From Patellaria atrata CBS 101060 (lineage: Eukaryota), in assembly GCA_010093705.1 (NCBI GenBank), contig MU006091.1:1302001-1366000 (forward strand): DNA of 64,000 nucleotides, given 5' to 3'. Both the position numbers and the translations under genes were made by a program. The notes beneath the pieces were generated by a model. It did no database searches and was not told where the DNA came from. It worked only from the letters and a program-made list of their open reading frames with translations. Of this stretch, positions 23,682 to 37,334 are shown piece after piece (positions within the stretch are counted from its first letter, which is position 1; every line of letters starts with the position of its first letter).

Positions 23682-24564
23682 CTACATAACACAACACCCC
23701 TTCCCGCCCGTCGGCTCCCCGGGATTCTGACTCCTCTCGATCTCCGCGATCATCATCTCAAACGCCTTGCTGACGTTCTCATTATACCTGGCGCTGGCCT
23801 CCGTCCACGCGCACTTGAACTCCTCGGCCAGCGCCTTCCCTTGGTCCGGCGTGACCTGGCGCTGTTCGGGACGGAGGTCGGATTTGTTTCCGATGACGGT
23901 TAGGGGGACCCAGTCGGCGCCCTGGGACATCACCACGATTCAGTAATGATAAAGGGGTTCTTACGCAGGGAAGGGGGGATGAGGAGTTGTGAAGGTTGAT
24001 GGAGTGAGAGGGTTATGCAGGGGACTGGGGGAAGATAATGGAACTATTAGGGAGGTTGGACTTACCAAGTGATTCAAAATCTTATCCCTGATGATACGGA
24101 CCATTTCGAAACTCTGCTTGCTCGCGACCGAGTAGACGAGAATGTATCCATGGATGCCGATGAAGTGTTTCGAGTTCAAAATACTGTATTCGTCCTGTTC
24201 GACGGTGTCAGCTTTCTCCTGCGGGGAACCGAGAAGTAGTCTCAGTCTTCTGTGTCATCAAGTCGGCCCGTTCAACCCCTTTACCTACGGCTTGCCTCTG
24301 TTCAAACAGAGGATACGCAGAAGAAGGGCGTGACAACTTCTCCGGGATGTGAGAAAGGTTGCTATTTACCTGGCCGGCCGTATCAATGATCTCCGTCGCA
24401 AACTCGTTCCCCTTATGCCTGATGATCTTGCTGAACGTATTCTCAATGGTCGGATAATAGCTTTCGACAAAATGCCCGTCGACGAATTGGACCGTGAGAG
24501 AGGATTTTCCCACGCTCCTACTCCCGACGACAGCGATCTTCCTCTGTTTCGGTGGCGCCGGCAT
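23682..24564 (-). CDS. RHB1: Rheb small GTPase (TORC1 activator); 3 exons
   Basis: G1 box GSRSVGKSS with the Rheb-specific Arg, effector region YYPTIENTF, DTAGQ, NKSD, EASA and a C-terminal CCVM. Introns at 24195-24369 and 23922-24065. Confidence 0.96.
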
Positions 24565-25895
24565 ACTGACCACCTCTCTCTCCCTCGGGATGCGCGCTGC
24601 TCCTTTCCTGCTCACTGTGTTGAGGGGGGCTCGTCCGGGTGACGGGCTATAAGAGTGTTGAGAAGGGGATTTCGAAACAGGTCGGGCGTGCGTTCGAGGG
24701 ATGGTGGGTGTGTATGTGGGAAGAGTATTATCGTGGTCGGCTAGGTTTTCGGAATGTTGGTTTGCGGAGGTCGTAGAGAGATATTAGTTTTAAACGGTGA
24801 GGAGGGTCGGGCGGAGGATCGAGGTGGTTCTCGTGCAAAGTCTGTTCTATGTGCGCGTGTCGTTGAGTAAGTCTATTCGTTGACGACTCGTGGTAATTGG
24901 TACAGGCGTATGTCGTATGCTGTATTCACCTCAATTATCTGCTCGCTCAAGGGGAACGTAAAAGCGTGAAGGAGTGTAGTTCTACTCCGCTCCGTTAGGT
25001 AGGTATAAGTTATGCACGGCCGCTTCCCCGGTCTTAAACACACATAGTTAAATGTAGAACTAAACAGTGAATTCAAAGTGAGAAAACAAAATATCGAGAC
25101 GATGTTGAAGCAAAGTAAGATATCCTAGCCCCGTGTTGGGCTCCATTCCTTTGTTCCTCATTGTCGGTGACGGAGCTACTTCACCGTCCAAGGGGGTCCT
25201 CGAGCTCCCAAGGGTCTCAATTCGTAACAGCAACTCTTCCCATAGGTGGGGTCTGCAACGGTGGGGATTCATTGGCCGGTACGCTCGAGGGGAGGGGTCC
25301 GGTCGAAAAATTACGCTTCAGCCTGTTTGTAATTTTCTCCTTTAGGAGATCATCATGAAGGAGACGGGAAAGGAGCAACGGTATATTATTATTACATGTG
25401 AAAGTGAGGTATAAGGCTAAAGTAATGTGCAGGTTCAAGGAGAACGGAGGTGACATCATGCAGTTAGTATGCAATTACCCGTGAGACCCTTAATATACTT
25501 GCCTTGTAACATAGTATCACAGCATCTACCTTAGGCATGAAGAAGACAACATCTCAGTAAAGAACCATCTTATTCGAATCTACCCCTTCATCCCGTATCT
25601 CAAAAGCTCAATAGAGTCTTAAAGAACACGAGAGTCTCAGAAAGAAAGGCATACATAATATACAAATACCGTCCCATCACTTTTATGTTTTCCATTGCTC
25701 AAGTCCCTTTCACTATCCCTCGATTCTCTAATCCTCGCCCCTTTCCGTCACCTAATCCATCATCCTACACAAACAATCAGGGACATGGAATAGAAAGGAC
25801 GCCGCCTGCATGCAAGATAACCCTTCCCACCCAAGCATAGTCGAAGAATCACCCCTCTGGAGAATCAAAGGAAATAAGGAAAGGTAGTAGTATTA

Positions 25896-28800
25896 TTACA
25901 AACCGACATCGTCGCCACCATCTGCAATCGCAAGACGCTGTTTCAAGCTTTTGGCTTTCTTGCTAACACCCTTGCGCTTTCCTTTGACGGGAGATTCCGT
26001 GGCGGGGACCGGCGTAACGGTGCCAGAGGGTTTGGCGCTACCGTCGTCGAAGTGACCTTCACCTGTTCCATAGTCAGCTTCAACATGTAGACAGAAGTCA
26101 CTCTTGGTTATGACTGAAAACTCACCCTCATGATACATATCGTCCAAATTAATCTCCTTCCCCTTCTTACCTCCCGCCGCCTTCTTCTTCCTACCCTCCT
26201 TCTTGTCTCCACTCGCCTCCTGTGCTGCAATCTCGGCTTCCTTCTTCTCAATTTCAGCCGCCTGATCATCATCCGCAAGCCACATCGCAATATCCTTCGT
26301 GCGATTCTCCCTAGATCTGGTATTGAAGTCGACCTGGGCGCCTGCGCCTCCAGAAATAACGACACGCTGCACCTCTTCCTTCTGTAGGGCACGTTTGCGG
26401 ATGCGTTCCTCAATCGTCCCTCGCGTGATCATGCGGTAGACAGTGACCTGCTTCGTCTGACCCAGACGATGGGCACGATCCATGGCTTGCGAGTCAATGG
26501 TCGGATTCCAATCTGAATCGTAGAAGATGACAGTGTCTGCGGACGTAAGATTGATTCCGAGACCACCGGCACGGGTGGAGAGTAGGAAGACGAAGATTTC
26601 CGGCTTGGACTGGAAGTCTGCGACAGTATCGCGACGGTCTTCGAGTTTGGTCGAACCGTCTAGACGACAGTACTTGTAATTTCGGTAGGTGAGGTACTCC
26701 TCCATCAAATCAATCATACGCGTCATCTGGAAGTAGAGTAGAACCCGGTGACCACCTTCCTTGAGCTCGCGAAGTAATTGATCCAATTTCGCTAGTTTGC
26801 CTGAATCCGTGACGAAGCGGCGCATCGAAGGGACTTGAATGTGCGTGTATCGAGCTTTCTGGTTGTCGGGTGGAGGAAGCATGTTGTTGACGGGGAAGTC
26901 GGCAGGATCGACTTTGTTCTCAAGCAGATTCACTTCAGCCTTTTCCGAGATACCAAACAATGCTCTCCTCTTTTGTGGATCGAAGAAGTCCCTATATTTT
27001 TCTGCAATGACACCTTGGCTAGCACAGTAAAGCTCGATAGGAGGGGCGGACGCGGAAGGCGTCGCACATTCCTCAATATTCGTAAGTGCACTATCTGATT
27101 TAATCTTATTCGTGACGTTGAGCAAATTGAACATGCATGAATCAGGATTGATCTCTGCCAGCGGTCTCCGGTCATTCCTGTCTACGATGTTAAATAAAGC
27201 ATGAGTGGGCGTGTATCCAGCTGTCTGCTCTTCATCATCGTATATGTGAAATCGAGCAAGTGGCATGGATTTGCGCTTCAGGTTAACAGCTCGTTCAAAT
27301 GCATCCGTACGGGCGATGGAAGCGACCTCTGTTGCGGAGATATCAGCAAATCTAAGCCATGCGAAAGCTCCGTTCTCGCGAGAACTCATCAAAATATTAT
27401 CCGATGTCCAGACATTCATGAGATTATCCAGATACCGTCCCTTGAATCCCGCTTTCGTGTTGTCTGGTCCAGGGATATCAAGCCGGCCGCCATTACGGCC
27501 TATCAGACGGGGTACCCGAAACTCGATTGGATTTCGGACTGAGTATGCAACCGGAATGTTATTGCCCTCACGTAAGAAGGAGGCCGTCTCGGCAAAGTAT
27601 GAGAAAGAGAAAGGAGAACTCGTGTCCGCGCGTTCAAAGAGATCTGGATGGTTACAGACCTTCCTGAACTGCATAACAAGGTTCATCAACGTCGCCGAAT
27701 CCTGATCATCTCCAAGAGCGGCCTTTTCGATCAAATCCATGATGCTGATCTTGTTTCGCAGATTAGTGTAGTAGGCTCGTTGGCGGTAAGTCAAGTCGCA
27801 GAAGACATCCAACTCCACCTTGTCGCCGAGCTCTTTCTGGACATGCTTCTTGATACGACGCAACATGAACGGCTTCAAGATCATATGCAGACGTTTAAGC
27901 TGATCCTCGTTCAATTTGGTGTTACTCTGCGCGTGGCTTTCGATATCCTTTGAGAACCAATCGCTGAACTCGTCGTGAGAATCGAACAGACTGGGCATGA
28001 TAAAGTGGAGCAGAGCCCAAAGTTCTTGCATGTTGTTCTGAATGGGAGTACCAGTGAGAAGAAGGCGATTACGACAATGGAACCCAAGAAGATTCTTCCA
28101 TCTTGAACTCTGAGAGGACTTGATGGCTTGCGCTTCATCCAAAATCATGTACTGCCACTTCATCTTCTGAAAGTACTGTGCATCTTGAACCACTAGCTGG
28201 TATGAGGTAACCAAGACATGGAACGACGCGTCTCTCTTGTAGGTAATGTGTTTTCTGTCCCAGAACTTCCGGAGGACCTTGCGATCTTTAGCCGTTCCCC
28301 AATAAGGAACAATTTTCAGATCAGGGACGAACCTAGCAATCTCTTGTTGCCAGTTGTGAAGTGTCGACGCCGGAGCGATGACGAGGAAGGGACCCCATAT
28401 GTTATGAACTTCAGCAAGGTAAGCCATGACAGATATTGACTGGACAGTTTTCCCGAGGCCCATTTCGTCGGCCAAAATTCCGTTGATGCCCTGTTCGTAC
28501 AAGTTTACAAGCCAGTTCAAGCCTTTGAGCTGATATTCTTTCAACTGACAAGTAAGGAGCGAAGGTTGCGCTACATCCATATTCTGCAAACTTGTGGGAT
28601 TTTGAAAGTTCATCTCACCGTCATCAAATTGAGACATGGGTTCATTACCTTCTTCGTTGAAAGCACGGGCACGATCTTGAGCTTCTTGTACAGCGTGTTG
28701 TGCGTTCGCCATGGCAGCCTCACGAAGTTTCGTTTCATCTTCAGCGTCGAAATCCAAATCCTCAAAGTTGGTAACCTTGGTTCCTGGCTTCGCGACGCTG

Positions 28801-31199
28801 TCCGGAAGATCGACGGTGTGGGCATTAGGCTTCCCGTTCGTGAGTTTCTGGTCAGATGCAGCGACTTCCGCATCATCAGTAGATCTTTCGATATCGTCCG
28901 TCTTGATCTTCTTGCCGATGAAATGGGAGTAGAGTTCGGTTTGAGAGATGAGGAAGTTGAGCTTCCGCTTTTGCCGATTAGCTTCGCGCTCCGCTTCAGC
29001 TCTCTTAGCATTTTCAAGCTCCTGTCTCTCTGCTGCTTTCCTCTGGTCACGCTCATCACGTTCGTTCCGTTTCCAGAATGAAAGCATCTCTCTCATGCTC
29101 CTCTTCGCTCGCGCCTGAATATCCTTGGCGCTCTTGTTGGTCTTGAGTTGCCATCGTCGAGCCTCTTTAGATGCTAGTTGAGCTGTCTTCCGCAAGTTGG
29201 ATTGTTTGGTGGCCAAGGAGTTTTCCTTGATGCGGTAAACCTTTGCCACATTCTTAGAGATGTCTCTCCAAATGGACTCATAAAGCTGATTGTAAACGTC
29301 AGATGAGTAGGCCGTCTTCGTAGCCATAGGAGCAACAACATCCTCGGTCTGACTGAGTTCTCTCTTCAACGTCAGCGCCTCCAATCTTTCTTGTTCCTTT
29401 GGAGCAATAGCTGAAGGTTCTTCGCCTCTTTCAAGAGCAGCATGAGCATCTGCAGCAGCTTGCTTTTCTGCTTGTTTTTGTTCCTTGCTCTTTCTCGGTC
29501 GAGTGCTTGCTCTACCCTTCTTCTTGCTATCTTTGGGTAAATCTTCAGACATTTGAAAGGTGCTCATCATACCTCCCTCGAGATTCGGAGCGTGTGGGGT
29601 AACTTCGCGAATGTCCTTGCTTGGTGTGCCACCTTGGAGGAGTTGGTTCGTAACTTTGGCTTTCTTGTCAGCTCTCTGTGCGTCTCGGAGATGTTTCTCC
29701 TTGGATTCCTCATCCTGTGCCTGGGCAGCTAGTTCAAGGGCCTCCTCACGCTTCTGGACCTCATTCTGAAGAGTCTTTTCACGCCGACGTTTCCGTTGCA
29801 TGTCTTTCTTCCTCTCCTTCTCATCTCTGATCTCTTGTTGCTGAACCTCCTCCCAAGCCTCTTGCTCGTGTAGGTTACCGTGGGCTTTCTTTTCTATGGC
29901 GGCGTGAGCTGTAAAGACATCCTGATGGCGTTTGACGGTCGCGTATCGACGTCGCTAAAAGACAATCAGCTTGGAAGTTGAGATTAGTTTTCTAGGGTTT
30001 GAGACTTACCTTCCGCTTTTCACGTTCAACGGTCTCTACGTCCAGAAATCTCTTCTGAGACCGTTGCTTGTAGATTTGTCGCTGGGTTTCATATCCTGGC
30101 CCATCGACATCACTGAGATCCATCGAGTCGATCTTAGCCATTTCGGCCTCAATGTCTTTCTCACTGACGACAAGTGCGGAGGGAGGAGAGATGAATTGTG
30201 ATCTGTTGTAGCTTGTGGTACCATTTTGTATTGGCTTGACAGAGTGGTCGTCATGTGGTGTTCTGCTCTCAACCATAGTGTCCGCATGCGCATGTGATAG
30301 AGCTTGTTCTGGCCTTACAGCGTATGGAACAAAATTGGAAGATTTAGAGGACGGTCGCGATCGTTGCTTAGGAGGAATGTATGACGTATTTTCAGGCTCG
30401 GGGTCGTTGCCTGACATTATACTGGACAAAGACATGGGGTCAGCTGTCCTACTCGGCGTCTTTTGATGCCGCTTGCTTTCCATGCTTGGCGTGACTCCAT
30501 TTGTTGAATCCATCATCACATCGATAGAGGGTCTGCGTTCCGACGCGGTTGGATTATTCGGTAGTGGAGCTCTATTATAAAGCTGGAAGGGTCGAGGTGA
30601 TACTGGCGATTGTGATGGACGGTCCACTCGATTTGATGGATGAGAGTGTGAAGATTGGTGTTGTGTCGGAGAGTGGAGCGGATAAACTGGAGAGTGGTTG
30701 ACTTTGTCGAAAGGGTTCGGTTCCGCGGTTCGCGTATCTACGTGGTTGAAGGCTGGGGATGTCTTTGTTGTAAGTTGTTAGCGTCATGTCCCTTAGATGC
30801 AGTCGAAAAGAAGTTTTAAATAAATTTCTGCGCACCGGTCGCGTATAATGAAGGTTTGATGAAATTCTGCTATTGTCTTACCTGTGCTGGGTACTGTCCA
30901 TTAAAGTTTCCGTTGATTCGCGCCGTTGGTCTCGTTCCTTGATCGGATGTTGGGTCATAGTATTTCGAGACGTGACTTTCTCGTGAGAATAGCGCGGATG
31001 CTATGGGAGGTAATGTGGAGGTGGAGGGGGATGCAGGTTGATTTCGAACAGGATCGAACAAATGTGTAGGAGTAGGTGGATTTGACTGTCGGTTTGTAGG
31101 TGAATGGGCATAGCCTGCTGATGATGATCCAGGTCCGTCCCCTTGCCTCTCACGTCTCTCATCCTCCTCCGACCTCCGCAACACTGTATTATGAAACAT
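25896..31199 (-). CDS. INO80: Ino80 chromatin-remodelling ATPase; multi-exon (5' start uncertain)
   Basis: HSA/DBINO region [42 protein letters not shown]; split ATPase with a long insertion; [11 protein letters not shown]. Upstream exons are within ORFs 29992-30627 and 30870-31211. Confidence 0.95.
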
Positions 31200-32534
31200 T
31201 GCAGCAAGCAATTTAGGACTGTACTACGACGGCGAACTTTCCCTAGGGATGTGCCATGGGAGGAGCACAAAGGCAAGTTCTACGGGTAGCGGCGTTGTGG
31301 GTGACTTTGGTGGACAGATCGGACGTGTCGCGCCAGCGAGCATGCGTGAAGCAGATATGGGATAAAGATGGATTTCGCGATATGGAGAGATGGAGTTGAT
31401 GGATTGCGGGCTTGTTGAAGAGGAAGAATCGCCTCGCCCTGAATAAGGCCCAGGAAGTGTCAGCTAGTGCAAGTCTATAAATGCAGACTGGTACGACTGG
31501 CAATCGCTGGCAGGTACAGTTGGCTCGTTAGCGACTACAGATTGGCTCTTGGCGGTGATGGTGTTTGGTGTAGTAAATTTCATGATGCAGTGAGGAATGA
31601 ATTATCTGGATGGAAGTGGGAATGGGCGGTAATCATTCATCTTGGGGGAAGATGGAAAGATCCGAGTGTTGCGTGGAAGGTCAGGCGAGGAGTTATTATG
31701 CCCCTTCTCCTCTCCGTTCGGTGCTTGCTTATTACCTTATCCTCACCATCGCAAAAGTCGAGGTTCGAGGATGGCGTGGAAACACATGACGCTGTCAAAA
31801 ACACCAAACCGGCATATTCACGATATCTCTCATTTTTACTACGGTTGGAAACTTTTTTCCATGTTCTTTGAATTTATTTCTGATGAACTGAAGCATTGAA
31901 TCTTTTTTGGTGTGCGTTGTCGGGCCCTGGGGGCTTCTGATGCGACGACTCTTTTCAAGCGGGTGGGTGTCATTGTTCCTGACGGGAGCTGCTTAAAGCA
32001 CGGGCTCCTCTCACCAAAATTCCCTAAAATCGAGAAGTCTTGAGAAGTTTGGCACTTTGAACAATCCCGGGCCTGGCTACTTTAGTGCTGGTCAAAGCGT
32101 CTGAGGATCCGCATCCACCCGCCCGCTCCAAAAGCCCCCGGATCCATCCAACAACCTCAGGTTGACCCTTTGCTCATCTCCTGATAGACCAAGTTGGACC
32201 TAGGGTAGTGGAGAGAAGTACAAGTTACGGTATCTCGCTAGGGAGATTACTCTAAATCAAAAATCAAATATTCTTATGACCAAGTCTAATAAAATATTCA
32301 CAGAGACAAGAATTAACGATAGCACGCACCGATAATATTACTTCTACATTAATCTAAGATCAACAGTGATGATTCTACCGAGTACTCTAAATCCGGCACT
32401 CCCGTAAACCCGCAATCCAACCGCCCACATGCTATGCAATTACAGAGAGAAACAATCGTACGGTTGACGTACATTACGGCTGTAGAGGTAGGGTACTGAT
32501 GAAAAAGACGTAACAGGCGATCAGATGTAGGGAT

Positions 32535-34427
32535 TTACTTCGCAGCAAACCTACTCCTAGCCCTCAACTTATCACCCCAATACCACAGAGCCCATACGCC
32601 ACCCACACAACCTACCGTGAAGCCAGCCAGCAAACTGGTTCCACGACCGATGCCGAGATTGATATACAGCGGTCTCGAGAAGTGAATAGCACCTGCTGCC
32701 AACGTCGACCGTGTAAGATCATTACCCGCGAACAAGCTTGCCGCATACTGCGGGTAAGTGAATGGTAGGTAGAGGAAGATACACTGCATAACGATGAAAA
32801 TTCCAACAGTAAAGATACCAATACCGATGACAGAGACAATCCAGTGGATGTCGCGGTCCGCAGTCCATGCGAACATAAACAATCCGACGGGCAGTAGCGT
32901 TGATGCCCATAGAGCCGGGATAAGCCTCCTCTCTGGAGCACCGAAGCCATTTTTTATCATGTCTGGCTCGCTGACCCAGTAGATCCAGGACCAGTAGATG
33001 ACGAGGGAGATGATCACGCCGACTGTGATAGACAGGAAAGTCAAACCCATCTGACCAAGGTTGAAGCCGTAGAATCCGACGTAAACGATCGGAAACGCCT
33101 CAAAGAAGGAGTAGTAAATGCCGTAGGCTAGGGCAGTGTAGAGGGCAGTGAAGCCGACGGCGGGGTCGAGGACCATCATTTGGTTCGGTCTCCACAAATT
33201 CTCAAGGACCAATGCAGCAACCTTCATGTTACCCTGGTCAATTTCAGATTGACTCTTGAGCCTGTCTTCACCAGTACGAGCTCTAAGGCGTCGGGCACGG
33301 CGGAGAAGAATATTGGGACCGTACGTCTCGGGGAGGCATAGGAAGAGCAAGATCCAGACGGGACCCGCGAGCCAAAGCATCTCCCAAAGAGACCAGCGCC
33401 AGTTCTCTGCTTGAACGCTAAAACCGGAGATGATAGGTCCTAAAGCTGGACCGCAAGTAGCTGCTAAGGCCCAGAGAGAGATGGCATAGGGTAATTTGAT
33501 CAAGGAGAACAAATCACCGAGGGACGCACCACCGGTCGCTAAACAAGGAGAGCCGAAGAATCCCTGGAGGAACCGCAGGACAATGAGCCCTGCAAAGTTA
33601 TCCACTAGAGCGGTAGGAAGACAGAGGATGGTGAATATGGCGAAGGTGAGGATATACGGCGGATTCCGCCCAATCAAGGGCATCTCACTCAATGGTGACC
33701 ACAGCATTGGGCCTAACCCATAGGCAAGAACATACATCGACAAGCCCAGGGATGCAGCATCTATACTGACACCAAAACGGTGGACAACGCCTTCGGAACT
33801 GGGAGCGTAGATAGAAGATCCCATGTAAACAGCAAAGGTGTACAAGCTAGGGATAATTAGCACGACTGTTATGTGAGGGCAATTTTATGTGGGTACTTAC
33901 TATATTTGTAAAGCAACGAACGATTTCTTCTTCAACGACCAGTTCTGCGGATTCTCGGGATCGTCCGTTGAGTACCAATCAACCAGGATTGTTCCGTCGT
34001 CGAGTCTAGTAGGAGTAATAGCTATACTAGGGCCTCTCTCCATTTGTCCATCTGATAATGCTCGCTCGAGGTCTGCTTGTGTGCGTGCTTTCTCAATCGC
34101 TTCCGTCGATCCAACTCTGGACAAGCTGTTGCGATGACCATTGGATCTGATGGTTTCCAACTTGGCTAATCCAACCTCGTCTAGTTGGCTGTCATTGTCG
34201 GATTCTGGTTGTTCAACCTCCTTGTTGTTAAGTCTTTTGCGCTCCACTGACTTTTCAGTGGTAGGAGGGGCTGCTGTCTGTCCTGGGGTGCTGTCGCCGG
34301 ACCCGCCTTTCTGATAGGATGGTGGGCATTCCCAATCATCCTTCTCTTCAGGATACTGAAGAACTTTGTTTTTAGTGATCCATCGAATGATCTGCCCGAT
34401 AGGAGCATCTCGGATTAGGTCCGACAT
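32535..34427 (-). CDS. MFS DHA1 drug:H+ antiporter (Flr1/Caf5/Mdr1-like); 2 exons
   Basis: N-terminus MSDLIRDAPIGQIIR; WYSTDDPENPQNW; PLSEMPLIGR; LRFLQGFFGSPCLATGGAS; PETYGP; PERRL; about 12 hydrophobic segments. Confidence 0.92.
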
Positions 34428-35876
34428 GACCGCGACGATGTGAGGTTGGAGGTGTGTTATCAATTAAGGTGGAATTGGATAGAAATGCGTGACTGGGTAT
34501 AGGGAAGATGAAAGATGGAGAAATTGAAGGGAAATTCAAGATGGTCTTGAAAGGAGAGAGTTGTCTCAGAAGAGATGACGGTGAAAGTTAATGAGAATAG
34601 ATGACAAGCACGGGTGGGCTTGTCCACACATATATATCCTCTTTCATCTTTTAACTCCATAATCAGGAGAGCGCCTAAACACCAAACTCCGTCACCGCGT
34701 TTGATATCTTGGATAGCTAAGCTGAAACGTATAGAAGATCAAGATATGTGAAAGAACTGTAACTCCGACCTTGTCAACATAGGATTCCCTTTGTCAGGGG
34801 TCCAACATCTCGGTTGGCTGACGAAAGGTATCCTGATTAGTTAGATTCACCTCACCGTCGGACTTAGCAATCCACAAATGTAGGGATAAGGTTGAGATAG
34901 GGCTGATTGATTACGACTAGTGGTTAGAGTCATCTTGTGATTGAGTTAGGTCTGCAGGCATTTCGAGATTGGAGATGGAGTTGTAAGGAAACCTCCGGTA
35001 AAGCCAAGGATACTTCGGTTTTAAGGGAATTACAAAGCATGACTTGGCATTCATGAGATATTGAGCCATCTCATTGGTTGAGAGAAAGCTTAAATGCACC
35101 ACTTGATTACCAATGGAGATGAAACAGAAATCCAAGCCTAATAATAATGATGTGATTGAATTGAACATGAATGAACATTCTACCCCCGTTGATATCAGGT
35201 TGCAGTCGCATCACTCGCGCAGGATTTTTGATCAACAACATTTACTCTTTCAGCCTCGAATATTCCATGTTTCTGCAGCTTGCAAATCGGCACTGACATC
35301 ATCGCCTTCTCTCTTCTACCGGTGTTGTTCAGCCCGATTCCACGTATTCGTACTTTGCTATTCGCCGTACCGGTCTTACTTGTCATCCCGATCAATGCGA
35401 TGTACTCAAAATCCTGCTCACCGTACTGAGTCACAATGGTATTCTCCACATAAACACGTTCTAGGTCCCTTGTTAAGGCCGTAAGAAGGAAATTTCATAC
35501 CGTAGGAGCTCGGATTAGTATCCGTATAAGGCGATTACTCAACCTTATGCAGATCAGGCCTTCCACTGTTACGTACAGTTTCTTTCATACTCACACTTTT
35601 AAGAGCCTTAAAATCCCCTATTATTTCTCAAAAACGATCACCGATGTGGAGTATCAGAACCTTAGGAAGCAAATGACTATTGTATTCAAAAATGGGGATT
35701 CGCTGTGTGTGGTATCATGTCTAGCAACAAAGAAATCCTACACCGTATCGCCCACCTGTCGCTCGTCACCCAATTCAATTCAGACCCAATAGGAAACCAC
35801 CGCAAAAAAAAATATCCACCCAATAAGGGCAGCATGTAAAGTTAGGCCAAGTAGTACTACTTACCTTATAGCTACA

Positions 35877-37334
35877 TTAGGCCGCTTTGAATCCTAATCT
35901 CCTAACGAAGATGAACTTATACAGTCTAAGAGCTTGATATAGAATCAAACCTAGTAGCGCTGTTGGGACGAACATCTGGAGAAATTCGAACGGGTTTGAA
36001 GCACGAACTTCCGTTTCGATGTATCCTGCACCTTTCTTGATAATTGGTTGGCCTCCATTGACGGAGAGAGCTTCAGGACCTTTATCAGCTGGGAAGCGGC
36101 CAGTTCGACAATATTGCTCAATCAGTGCGTCTTTCTCCTCCCACCTCGCACGAAGCCACTTTTCGAATGTTTTGGCATCATCTAACGGAATCGAAGAGAC
36201 CGCAAATCTGCGCCAGTGCATGTTGACCGATTTAGGAGGTTGCCCTTGGAAATATACGGTGCGTATAGTGAAGATGTCTTGACCGTACTGGCCGGGCCTA
36301 TAAATCATGGTCAGCGACGATGACAGAAACTGAGAGTTGGGATATACTCGCTCTACGCCTTCATACGCAACTGTACAATCATACACCCAATCAACAGTAT
36401 CCCTCAGCTCATTGAGACAGAAATGCAGACCCGTTGATCTAGGTAAAAGTGTATGTATGAGGTCACTCTGGCCGCTTTTCTCCGCCCATTTTTGGCTTGA
36501 CGCTCGCGCATTTGTAGACATGTTTGTACCTTCTGGAAAAATCAAGAGCCACATGGGGTCAAGCGACTGGGTACCAGATAAGGGTCCCTTGTGGCGACCG
36601 TTTAGCTTCTGAAGCCGGTGTTGGAACCTCGGTTTATCAGACTCCCATTTCCGAGAGAGAAAAACAAAGCTGAAGAATTGCATGCCTGGTCCTAGGACGG
36701 GTATCCATTTCAACGACTCCTTTAGAATAATATAAAGGTGTCCATGCATTCTAGCTGTGTATGATGTCCACCACAGATACACCCAATCTGTGTAAATCTA
36801 CCACGTATCAGCTTTGACAGAAGGCAACATACCGTATATCACATACCTGGTGGTTAGCAATCATAACGAGTCGTTCTGGAAAGTCACATTCTAGTCTTCC
36901 GTCTGGCGTCTGCTTGAGCTGTCCCCGAACGCTTTCATCCCCGCTAACTCTTATCATTGTAGGACTCCACCATTGTGTTGCAGTCAAAAGGACTAGGCAA
37001 TAGTGTTGTTTGGTGAGAGCCATCCAAGCATAATAGTAATCTTGATTGTGGAAGTACAGAGGTGCTCCCATAAATTGATTGATGTGGACACTGGAATCAT
37101 GACCGGATTAGTATAGTGGTTTGAACAGTTCAAGGATGAAGTTTTATACCATAGAGACGTAACCAGAAAGTACAGTGTGAATAGGACCAATCTCAGAGCT
37201 TGTGTTTTAACTCCGTGCTTTACCGGACCGCCTGGATGTACCTGTTCGCTTGACGGCTGGACATGATTTTTGGGTCGCTTGCTGCCAAACGCCGTGTTTG
37301 TTGTTGTACGGAACCTTACACCTTCTGCAGACAT
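35877..37334 (-). CDS. Lysophospholipid acyltransferase (Cst26/LCLAT1-like); 4 exons
   Basis: Spliced NHQ/IYTDW (HX4D motif), LKESLKWIP, FLSRKW, LLIFPEGT, LLPRSTG and a C-terminal TM helix. Confidence 0.88.

Noticed and set aside
34917..35792. Short ORFs between the MFS and acyltransferase genes
   Set aside because: No recognisable motifs or consistent gene structure.
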